From: an uncultured Chloroflexia bacterium
GTDB lineage: Bacteria > Chloroflexota > Limnocylindria > Limnocylindrales > CSP1-4
Length of the DNA stretch: 64,000 nucleotides
Assembly: GCA_963823925.1 (NCBI GenBank)
Contig: CAWGNI010000002.1
Location: forward strand, 153,292-217,291
Direction: 5' to 3'
A program made the translations under genes and the position numbers. Below are positions 30,030 to 38,157 of the stretch, in pieces. The number at the start of each line of letters is the position of its first letter. Position 1 is the first letter of the stretch. The notes beneath the pieces are model-generated. The model was not told where the DNA came from and searched no databases. It was given only the letters and a program-made list of their open reading frames with translations.

Positions 30030-31845
30030 GGAACGCGACCTCGAACTGCTCCGCCGCCACGAGCCGATCCTGCGGTTCACCCAGGGCGAGTTGTTCTTCC
30101 CGATGGATGCCGAAACGTACGTCGCGAACTGCGACCTCCTCGAGGGGCCTACCCTGCGTGAGGCCAGGGTCGTCCTGCCCTCGGGTCGTCTCGACGTGGA
30201 CAGTCTGGCGGCGACCGCGGCGCCGCCTCCGGGACAGGCTCAATTCCTCCGCTTCGCGCCCAGGCCGATGGGTTCACTCGAACTCGCCCGCTGGCGCAAC
30301 CGGCCCGAACGGCCGCGGTTCTCTGCGCCGGGTCGCCTGGCGCGGGTCGGACTCATCGCGCGCCTCGTGGACGCGGGGCTCGTCATGTCCCTCCTGCTTC
30401 GAGGTCGCGTCCCCGGCGGGACCACGGCCGCCGCGTCGGAACGGTACGAGCGGATCCGCTCCGGTGATCCCCGGGTCGTCTATCACGGTCGGGTCGTGCG
30501 AGAAGGTCGCTGGGTCGTCCTTCACTACATGTTCCTGTATGCGATGAACGACTGGCGGTCCACCTTCGACGGCGCCAACGATCACGAAGCCGATTGGGAG
30601 CAGTGCTTCGTCGTCTGTGAATCGCGGGACGATGGCGAGATCCGACCCGCCTGGTTCTGTGCCGCTGCCCACGACGAGAAGGGAGATGACCTGCGCCGGC
30701 GCTGGGACGACCCGCGCCTGACCCTGGTCGATGGTCACCCGGTCGTCTATCCGGGCGCCGGATCGCACGCCACCTACCTGGAGCAAGGCGAGTACATCAT
30801 GCGCCTGCCCTTCCCGGGTGAGCGAAACCTGCACGGCCCGCTCGACCTGATCCGGCGGATCTGGCGAGATACGCTCGATCAACCCGATCCCGGAGACCTG
30901 GCCATGACCGCCCGGCGAGCCCTGAGCGTCCCGTTCGTGGACTACGCGCGTGGCGACGGCCGGGTCGTCGGGCCCGGCAGCGACGCGCCGTGGACCCCGC
31001 ACCTGATCGGCGACGACGACGGCTGGGTCGACCGGTACACCGGCCTGTGGGGCCTCGATACCGGCGACCGCTTCGCCGGCGAGCGGGCGCCGGCAGGGCC
31101 GAAGTACACGCGGACCGGGAGCGTTCGCCAGTCGTGGCACGACCCGCTCGGATTCTCGGGTCTCGACAAGGTGGCGCCCCCATCCCAGGCCATCCCGGCA
31201 CTGCGTGCGCGGATCGAGGCGCTCGAGGCGACCAGATCGCGTCTGCGCTCCGAAACCGCCGAACTCGAACGGTCGTTGCCCCTCCTCGAGGCGGAGGTGG
31301 CCGCCGTGCGGGCCACGCCTGGCGCAGACACCTATCGGGACGCGCGAGCGACCGAGCTGGCCGATGGCGCCGCTCGACTGGCCGGGTTGCGCGTGGAGAC
31401 CGTTGAAGTCGGCACGGCGGTCACGGCGGCGCAGGCCAGGGTGATCGAGTTGCAGGCTGGTCGCCTCGACGACCCGCGTGCCCATCTCCGCCACGCCGCG
31501 GAACCTGAACCGCCGATCGTGATCCAGCGTCGCGCGCTCGCCGAAACGTGGGCGGCGTTCAGTGTCGGCCTGCTCATCGCCGGCCTCGCGGTCATCGTCT
31601 GGCTGCGGCTGTTGCCGCCCGTCCTGGCCGTGGTCGCCCTGTTCGGGTCGTACCTCGCGATCGAGTCCTTTTTCCGTAGGGACATCCAGATCCTGGTACT
31701 GCGACTGACCCTTGCCCTGGCCTTCGTCAGCGTCGTCATCCTGGTCGTCACCTTCCTGCGCGAGGTCGTGCTTCTCGGGCTGCTCGCCCTCGGCATCCTG
31801 TTGATCCTCGACAATCTCGGCGAACTGCGGCGGCGCCTCAGTTAA
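30022..31845 (+). CDS. hypothetical protein: about 380-aa N-terminal globular domain, coiled-coil segment, C-terminal 3-TM anchor
   Basis: 607-aa ORF with uniform codon usage. The middle region (EALEATRSRLRSETAELERSLPLLEAEVAAV) is coiled-coil-like. The C-terminal hydrophobic helices include (AAFSVGLLIAGLAVIVWL, LLGLLALGILLIL). I recognise no known catalytic motif. Confidence 0.5.
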   Translation: MTEERDLELLRRHEPILRFTQGELFFPMDAETYVANCDLLEGPTLREARVVLPSGRLDVDSLAATAAPPPGQAQFLRFAPRPMGSLELARWRNRPERPRFSAPGRLARVGLIARLVDAGLVMSLLLRGRVPGGTTAAASERYERIRSGDPRVVYHGRVVREGRWVVLHYMFLYAMNDWRSTFDGANDHEADWEQCFVVCESRDDGEIRPAWFCAAAHDEKGDDLRRRWDDPRLTLVDGHPVVYPGAGSHATYLEQGEYIMRLPFPGERNLHGPLDLIRRIWRDTLDQPDPGDLAMTARRALSVPFVDYARGDGRVVGPGSDAPWTPHLIGDDDGWVDRYTGLWGLDTGDRFAGERAPAGPKYTRTGSVRQSWHDPLGFSGLDKVAPPSQAIPALRARIEALEATRSRLRSETAELERSLPLLEAEVAAVRATPGADTYRDARATELADGAARLAGLRVETVEVGTAVTAAQARVIELQAGRLDDPRAHLRHAAEPEPPIVIQRRALAETWAAFSVGLLIAGLAVIVWLRLLPPVLAVVALFGSYLAIESFFRRDIQILVLRLTLALAFVSVVILVVTFLREVVLLGLLALGILLILDNLGELRRRLS

Positions 31846-31933
31846 GTACCTGCTCGTCTGGGCCCACGCTCGTTCGGTCGGCCGGATGTGCTTCAATCCA
31901 ACGACAGCGACATCCGCCCACCCGAGGAGTCCC

Positions 31934-33268
31934 ATGGGCATCACGACGGAAACCGGCGCCATGACCAGCGACGAGATCGTCGCGCTCTCGCGCCAGCACA
32001 CGTTCTTCTCCTGGTCCATCCAGGGCGCCATCGACCCGATCGCGATCGACCATGCCGAAGGCGTCTACCTGTACACCCCGGAGGGTGAACGGATCCTCGA
32101 CTTCAACAGCCAGTTGATGTCGGTCAACATCGGGCACGGCGATCGCCGGGTCATCGACGCGATCGCCGACCAGGCGACCAAGCTCCAATTCGTCCAGCCC
32201 GCCTTCACGACGGAGGTCCGGGCCCGTCTTGGCGCGAAGCTGGCGGAGATCCTGCCCGGCGACATGGACAAGGTCTTCTTCACGCTCGGCGGTGCCGAAG
32301 CGGTCGAGAACGCGATCAAGCTGGCCCGCCACGCGAGTGGTCGACACAAGATCCTTGCTCGATATCGCTCCTATCACGGGGCGACGCTCGGCGCGATGAC
32401 CCTGACCGGCGATCCACGCCGATGGGCGAACGAGCCCGGGATCGTCGGCGTCGTTCGCTATCCCGACACCCATCGTTGGGGCGAAGCCGAGCCCCGGCCG
32501 GTCGCGGAGAGCCTCCAGGGGCTCGAGGACGTCATCCGCTACGAAGGCGCCAAGTCGATCGCGGCCGTCTTCCTCGAGACGATCGTCGGCACCAACGGGA
32601 TCCTGATCCCGCCCGACGGCTATATCGCCGGTGTCCGTGAGATCTGCGACCGCCACGACATCCTGATGGTCGCCGATGAGGTGATGGCCGGGTTCGGCCG
32701 GACCGGGCGCTGGTTCGCCATCGATCACTGGGGCGTCACCCCGGACCTGATGACGATGGCGAAGGGCCTGACCAGTTCGTACCTGCCACTCGGCGCGGTG
32801 GCCATGCGCCACCACATCGCCGAGAAGTTCGAGACCCAGATGTTCTACGGCGGCCTCACCTACAGCAGTCACCCGATCAGCCTGGCCGCCTCCCTCGCGA
32901 CCATCTCGGTCTACGAAGAGGACGGCCTGATCGAGCACGCGGCCCGGCTCGATCCGGTCATGCGCGAACACCACGAGCGCCTTGCGGCCCGGCACCCGAG
33001 CGTCGGCGCGACCCGCAATCTCGGCCTGTTCGGCATCATCGATCTCGTTCGCAGTCGCGACCCGTGGACGCCACTCACACCGTTCAATGGGACGTCGGAC
33101 GAGATGAAGGCGGTCGGCAAGTACCTGCGTGAGCACGGCCTGTACACCTTGCTCCCCAACAACTCGATCCATACGAACCCGCCCCTGTCGATCACCGAGG
33201 AGCAGCTGGCGGAGGGCTTCGAGATCATCGATCGCGCGCTCGAGATCGCCGACCGGGCGATCGCCTGA
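31934..33268 (+). CDS. class III (omega) aminotransferase, beta-alanine/omega-amino acid:pyruvate transaminase-like
   Basis: PLP class III fold with the lysine region (MTMAKGLTSSYLPLGAV). Full length is about 444 aa. Confidence 0.85.
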   Translation: MGITTETGAMTSDEIVALSRQHTFFSWSIQGAIDPIAIDHAEGVYLYTPEGERILDFNSQLMSVNIGHGDRRVIDAIADQATKLQFVQPAFTTEVRARLGAKLAEILPGDMDKVFFTLGGAEAVENAIKLARHASGRHKILARYRSYHGATLGAMTLTGDPRRWANEPGIVGVVRYPDTHRWGEAEPRPVAESLQGLEDVIRYEGAKSIAAVFLETIVGTNGILIPPDGYIAGVREICDRHDILMVADEVMAGFGRTGRWFAIDHWGVTPDLMTMAKGLTSSYLPLGAVAMRHHIAEKFETQMFYGGLTYSSHPISLAASLATISVYEEDGLIEHAARLDPVMREHHERLAARHPSVGATRNLGLFGIIDLVRSRDPWTPLTPFNGTSDEMKAVGKYLREHGLYTLLPNNSIHTNPPLSITEEQLAEGFEIIDRALEIADRAIA

Positions 33269-33299
33269 CCGTGTCCGCGGTCCGCTCGGTGGCAGATCG

Positions 33300-34244
33300 T
33301 TGACAGCCGCCAGCGGTTCCCTCCGCCGGGGCGCCCCGCAGGCGACGGTCGTCGCAGCCGCCGGCCGGACGCGTGCGCGCCGATGGACCGGCATCGCCAT
33401 CGTCCTGATCCTGCTGCTGGTCGCCTGGGAGGTGGCCAAGTGGTTCGGCGGGGACCCGTGGCGCCTGCACGGGACGGTCGCCGGCATCCGGATCGACTAT
33501 GAGCACGTTCCGCCCCTCGACTGGCGGATCGCCAACGACCTGTCGCTGCCGCACGTCTGGGACATCGCCCGGGCGTTCGTCGACCCCGCACAGCGCGGTG
33601 GGGCGCCGCTCGGCGTCGTCCTGACCGGTCAGGCCGTCTTCACCTTCGGCGAGGCGCTTGCGGGGTTCGCGCTCGGGGCGCTGCTCGGTCTGGTGCTGGG
33701 GATCCTGTTCGTCCACTCGCGGCTGGCTGAGCGAGCGTTCGTCCCGTACGTGGTCGCCTCCCAGACGGTGCCGATCCTGGCGATCGCGCCGCTCGTCGTG
33801 GTGGCGCTCAAGGCGGATTGGCTTTCGGTCATGGCGGTGGCGATGTACCTCACGTTCTTCCCGGTCACCATCGCCTCGATGCGCGGGTTGCGGGCGTTCG
33901 ATCCGCGCTCGCTCGAGCTCTTCCGTTCGTATGCGGCCACCCGCCGGCAGATCCTCTGGCAGCTCCGCCTGCCGACGTCGATCCCGTACCTGTTCTCCGG
34001 CTTCCGGATCGCGGCCGCCGCCTCGGTCATCGGGGCCATCATCGGCGAGCAGACGGCCGGTGTCGCGTCCGGGCTCGGGAGCGCGATCATCAACTACAAC
34101 CAGTACTACACCTCCGGGCCTGAGCGGCTCTGGGCGACCGTCGTCATGTGCGCGCTGGTCGGGTTCGCGTTCGTCGGTGCGGTCAACCTCGCCGAGCGGA
34201 TCGTCACCCGTGGCCGCTATCGATCCGTAGGGGACCTGGTATGA
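33300..34244 (+). CDS. ABC transporter permease (NitT/TauT family)
   Basis: Multi-TM protein with an EAA-like loop (RQILWQLRLPTSIPYLFSGFRIAAAASVIGAIIGE). The start is uncertain, with a TTG at 33300. Confidence 0.65.
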   Translation: MTAASGSLRRGAPQATVVAAAGRTRARRWTGIAIVLILLLVAWEVAKWFGGDPWRLHGTVAGIRIDYEHVPPLDWRIANDLSLPHVWDIARAFVDPAQRGGAPLGVVLTGQAVFTFGEALAGFALGALLGLVLGILFVHSRLAERAFVPYVVASQTVPILAIAPLVVVALKADWLSVMAVAMYLTFFPVTIASMRGLRAFDPRSLELFRSYAATRRQILWQLRLPTSIPYLFSGFRIAAAASVIGAIIGEQTAGVASGLGSAIINYNQYYTSGPERLWATVVMCALVGFAFVGAVNLAERIVTRGRYRSVGDLV

Positions 34245-35098
34245 CGGCGGAGCGGCCATCGGGGGAGGCGACACCGATCGTGGTCGAGGCGGTGGGCGTC
34301 GGGAAGGTGTTCGGCGCCGGAGCAGGGTCGGTGACGGCGGTCGATGGGGTTGACCTGGCGATCCGCGAGGGCGAATTCGTCTCGCTCATCGGCCCGTCCG
34401 GGTGCGGCAAGTCCACGCTCCTTCGCCTCATCGCGGACCTGACCCACCCGACCAGCGGGACCCTGGCCATCAACGGCAAGCCGGCGGCTCGGGCGAGGTC
34501 CGATCGCGATTACGGGATGGTGTTCCAGGCTCCGATCCTGATGGACTGGCGGACCGTCGCGAAGAACATCGAGCTGCCGCTCGAGATCATGGGGTATCCG
34601 ACCGACGAACGACATCGGCGGGCGCTCGACCTGCTGAAGCTGGTCGAGCTCGAGGCCTTCGCCGACCGATACCCGTGGCAGCTGTCCGGCGGGATGCAGC
34701 AGCGCGTCGCGATCGCACGGGCGCTGTCCTTCGATCCGAAGCTGCTGCTGATGGACGAGCCCTTCGGAGCGCTCGACGAGATGACCCGTGAGCGCATGAA
34801 CGCGGAACTGATGCGGATCTGGCGACGGACCGGGACGACGATCGTGTTCGTCACGCACAGCATCCCGGAGGCGGTCTTCCTGTCTTCCCGGGTCGTCGTG
34901 ATGTCGGCACGACCGGGGCGGGTCTCGCAGGTGATCGACATCGACCTCCCCGTCGAACGTGGGGTCGAGACTCGCGAATCCGAACCCTATTTCCGGCTCG
35001 TCACGCGAGTCCGCGAGGCGCTTCGGCAGGACGAGTCGTCCGATCCCGGGCCGGACGACACCACGGCCCGGCGCGTCCGCGCCGAGGGGCTGTCGTGA
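34241..35098 (+). CDS. ABC transporter ATP-binding protein (NitT/TauT family)
   Basis: Walker A (GPSGCGKST), signature (LSGGMQQR) and Walker B (LLLMDEPFGALD). ATGA overlap with the upstream permease. Confidence 0.85.
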   Translation: MTAERPSGEATPIVVEAVGVGKVFGAGAGSVTAVDGVDLAIREGEFVSLIGPSGCGKSTLLRLIADLTHPTSGTLAINGKPAARARSDRDYGMVFQAPILMDWRTVAKNIELPLEIMGYPTDERHRRALDLLKLVELEAFADRYPWQLSGGMQQRVAIARALSFDPKLLLMDEPFGALDEMTRERMNAELMRIWRRTGTTIVFVTHSIPEAVFLSSRVVVMSARPGRVSQVIDIDLPVERGVETRESEPYFRLVTRVREALRQDESSDPGPDDTTARRVRAEGLS

Positions 35099-35871
35099 TG
35101 GTGTCGACCGCGCGCGAGTGGCTGCCCGCCGTCGCGGTGTTCGTCATCGTCCTGGTCGCCTGGGAGGTCGGCTTCCTCGTCCTTGGCGTCCAGTCGTTCC
35201 TGATCCCACGTCCGAGCGTGATCAGTGAACAGCTCGTCGCCGACTGGGGGACGCTCGCACGAGGCCTGGCGTTCACCGGGACCGAGGCCGTTGCCGGATT
35301 GATCGTCGGGGTCGCGCTGGGCACGGGCGCCGGTCTGGCGACGTCACGCTGGGCGAGTGCGCGCGAGGTCCTGCTTCCGGTGGCGATCGGGGCGAGCACG
35401 ATCCCGATCATCGCCTTCGCGCCGATCACCTTGAACTGGTTCGGTCCGGAAAGCCTCCTCCCGCGGATCACGATCGTCGCGGTGATGGTCTTCTTCCCGG
35501 TCATGGTCAACACGATCCGAGGACTCACGAACGTCGATCCGGGCGGGCTCGAACTGCTCGCGTCGTACGCCGCAAACGACCGCCAGACACTGACCAAGCT
35601 GCGCGCGCCGAACGCGCTCCCGTACTGGTTCACGGCGCTGAAGATCGCCACGACCCTGAGCGTCATCGGCGCCGTCGTCGGGGAGTTCTTCGGCGGGCCG
35701 CTCTACGCCCTCGGGATCTACATCACGCTCCAGACCGGAGCCAGCAAGTATCCGGCTGCGTGGGCAGCCATCGTCCTCGCGTGTGTCCTGGGGATCGTCC
35801 TGTACCTCGCCGCCGTGGTGCTCGAGCGCGTCACGATCCCCTGGTACACGGCTCGCGAAACGGCCCGATGA
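35095..35871 (+). CDS. ABC transporter permease (second, NitT/TauT family)
   Basis: 258-aa multi-TM protein with an EAA-like loop. Its start overlaps the ATPase stop. Confidence 0.75.
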   Translation: MMVSTAREWLPAVAVFVIVLVAWEVGFLVLGVQSFLIPRPSVISEQLVADWGTLARGLAFTGTEAVAGLIVGVALGTGAGLATSRWASAREVLLPVAIGASTIPIIAFAPITLNWFGPESLLPRITIVAVMVFFPVMVNTIRGLTNVDPGGLELLASYAANDRQTLTKLRAPNALPYWFTALKIATTLSVIGAVVGEFFGGPLYALGIYITLQTGASKYPAAWAAIVLACVLGIVLYLAAVVLERVTIPWYTARETAR

Positions 35872-35968
35872 CGGTCGCCCCGGTGGCCTACCATCCGTCG
35901 TCAGGGTGTCGGCGGGGTCGGCTTCGGGTGGCGAGCCGCCGACGAGCGAGTGAGGAGGAGCGATCGAC

Positions 35969-37069
35969 ATGAAACTGTCTCGCAAGCTGGTCGGCCTGTC
36001 GGCCGCGGCCGTGCTGGTACTCGCGGCGTGCTCGAGCAGCGGGTCGTCCGCCGCCGCGCTGACGCCGCTCAAGTTCCAGCTCCAGTGGGTCGCCCAGTCC
36101 CAGTTCGCCGGCTACTACGCGGCGGTCGACCAGGGCTATTACAAGGACGCCGGCCTCGACGTCACGCTGCTGCTGGGTGGACCGAACATCAACAACGTCC
36201 AGGTCGTGGCGACCGGTGGGGCGGACATCGGGACGGCGTGGCTTCCGAACATGCTCCAGTCGCGCGAGGGCGGGACGGATCTCGTCTCGATCGCCCAGAT
36301 CTTCCAGCGCTCGGGCACGCGGATGGTGTCGTTCACGGGCGCGAACATCACGACCCCTGCCAGCATGGATGGCAAGAAGATCGGCAGCTGGCTGGGCGGC
36401 AATGAGCCCGAACTGTTCGCCGCATTGACCAAGGCCGGGCTCGATCCGACCACGCAGAACATCATCAAGCAGAACTTCGACATGTCCGGCCTCCTCAACG
36501 GCGACCTCGATGTCGCCCAGGCGATGATCTACAACGAGTACGCCCAGGTCCTCGAGGCGAAGGACCCGGCCACCGGGGAGCTGTACAAGCCGAGCGACCT
36601 CAACCTGGTCGACTTCAACGACCCATCGGTCGGGACGGCGATGCTCCAGGACCAGATCTTCGCCACCGATGCGTGGCTCAAGACCGGCAATAATGCCGAT
36701 GTCGCGGAGAAGTTCCTGGAGGCGACCTTCAAGGGTTGGATCTACTGCCGTGACAACGCCCAGAAGTGCGTCGACATCGTGCTCGCCAAGGGGTCGCAGC
36801 TCGGGGCCAGCCATCAGGCCTGGCAGATGAACGAGATCAACGGGCTCATCTGGCCGTCACCGAACGGGATCGGCCTGCTGGACCAGACGCTCTACGACCA
36901 GACGGTTTCGATCGCCACCACCTACGGCGTCCTCCAGGCCGCGCCCGCCGATGGGGCGACCCGGACGGACCTCGCCCAGAAGGCCCTCGACGCGCTCGGC
37001 AGCTCGGTCGACACGAAGGGGATGGGCTTCACGAAGGCGACGGTCACGCTGACCGAGGGCGGCAACTAG
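35969..37069 (+). CDS. ABC transporter substrate-binding lipoprotein (NMT1/THI5-like, NitT/TauT family)
   Basis: Lipobox (LAAC|SSS) and GAGGAGG RBS. About 330-aa periplasmic binding fold of the NMT1/THI5 type, which is often pyrimidine or HMP related. Confidence 0.8.
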   Translation: MKLSRKLVGLSAAAVLVLAACSSSGSSAAALTPLKFQLQWVAQSQFAGYYAAVDQGYYKDAGLDVTLLLGGPNINNVQVVATGGADIGTAWLPNMLQSREGGTDLVSIAQIFQRSGTRMVSFTGANITTPASMDGKKIGSWLGGNEPELFAALTKAGLDPTTQNIIKQNFDMSGLLNGDLDVAQAMIYNEYAQVLEAKDPATGELYKPSDLNLVDFNDPSVGTAMLQDQIFATDAWLKTGNNADVAEKFLEATFKGWIYCRDNAQKCVDIVLAKGSQLGASHQAWQMNEINGLIWPSPNGIGLLDQTLYDQTVSIATTYGVLQAAPADGATRTDLAQKALDALGSSVDTKGMGFTKATVTLTEGGN

Positions 37070-37146
37070 CCGCTCGCGGTCCGATCGACATCGACGGTCG
37101 GCTCGTGACCGGCCGGCCCGTCGATCTTCCGCGGGATCCGGGGCAC

Positions 37147-38157
37147 CTAGGACGACCTGGCCCAGGATCGAAGCGTCTTCATATAGTTGACTCGCTCGAA
37201 GGCGGCTGGGTCGCCGACCGTCGCCTGACTGGCGCTGCCCCTGAGCTCCTCGACCAATTCGTAGTCGCGCTCGGTCAGCCACGCGCGCAGGTCGGACACG
37301 ACCCTGGCGACGTGCTCGGGACCCTGGCGGAGCAGGGCAGAGGTCATCATCACGACATCGGCCCCGACCATCAACCCCTTGACCACATCGGTCCCGCTGG
37401 CCGCGCCCGATGTCGCCGCGAGCGATACGCGGGCGTCCAGCTGGGGTCGAAGGATGGCGATCCAGCGGACCGGCAGCCGCATCTCCCAGGGATGGCTCAA
37501 CTCGATCCTGGGTACGACCTCGAGCGCATCGAGATCGAGGTCCGGCTGGTAGAACCGATTGAACAGCACGAGCCCATCGGCACCCGCGCCGACCGCTTGA
37601 GCGGCGAAGTTGGCGAAGGCCGAGTAGAACGGGCTCAGCTTGACCGCCAGGGGGATGGCGATCGAGTCGCGGACGGCGGTGATCAGGGCGAGGTCGATCG
37701 CGTCCATCTCCTCCGCCGTTCGATGCGGGTCGGTCGCGAGGTGGTACAGGTTGAGTTCGAGCGCATCGGCGCCGGCGGCCTCAAGTTGACGGGCATATTC
37801 CACCCAGCCGCCGGGCGTGCTCGCGTTGAGACTCGCGATCACCGGGATATCGACGGCCTCCTTGACCCGCTCCAGCGAGGCGACGTATCGGTCGGCCACG
37901 CCGATCAGGCCCTGGACCGCCGGGAAGTAGTCGAGCGCCTCGGCGAACTGACCGGTGCCCTGTTCGAGCGCGCGATCGAGGGCCAGCTCCTCGCCCACGA
38001 CCTCCTCCTCGAACAGCGACGGCAGGACGATCGCACCCGCTCCCGAGTCCTCGAGGCGACGGGCCATGTCGGGGTCCGCGTTGTCCGGTGCGGCCGAGGC
38101 GACGACCGGCGAGCGGAGTTCGAGACCCAGGTAGCGCGTACGCAGATCGACGCTCAC
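37147..38157 (-). CDS. dihydroorotate dehydrogenase-like protein (DHOD/DPD PreA-like FMN TIM barrel, no ferredoxin domain)
   Basis: GTG start with an AAGGAGA RBS. About 336 aa with DHOD-family similarity (LGLELRSPVVASAAP...AVKLSPFYS...GLVLFNRF). The start overlaps the PFOR stop by 4 nt. Confidence 0.75.
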   Translation of the reverse strand: MSVDLRTRYLGLELRSPVVASAAPDNADPDMARRLEDSGAGAIVLPSLFEEEVVGEELALDRALEQGTGQFAEALDYFPAVQGLIGVADRYVASLERVKEAVDIPVIASLNASTPGGWVEYARQLEAAGADALELNLYHLATDPHRTAEEMDAIDLALITAVRDSIAIPLAVKLSPFYSAFANFAAQAVGAGADGLVLFNRFYQPDLDLDALEVVPRIELSHPWEMRLPVRWIAILRPQLDARVSLAATSGAASGTDVVKGLMVGADVVMMTSALLRQGPEHVARVVSDLRAWLTERDYELVEELRGSASQATVGDPAAFERVNYMKTLRSWARSS

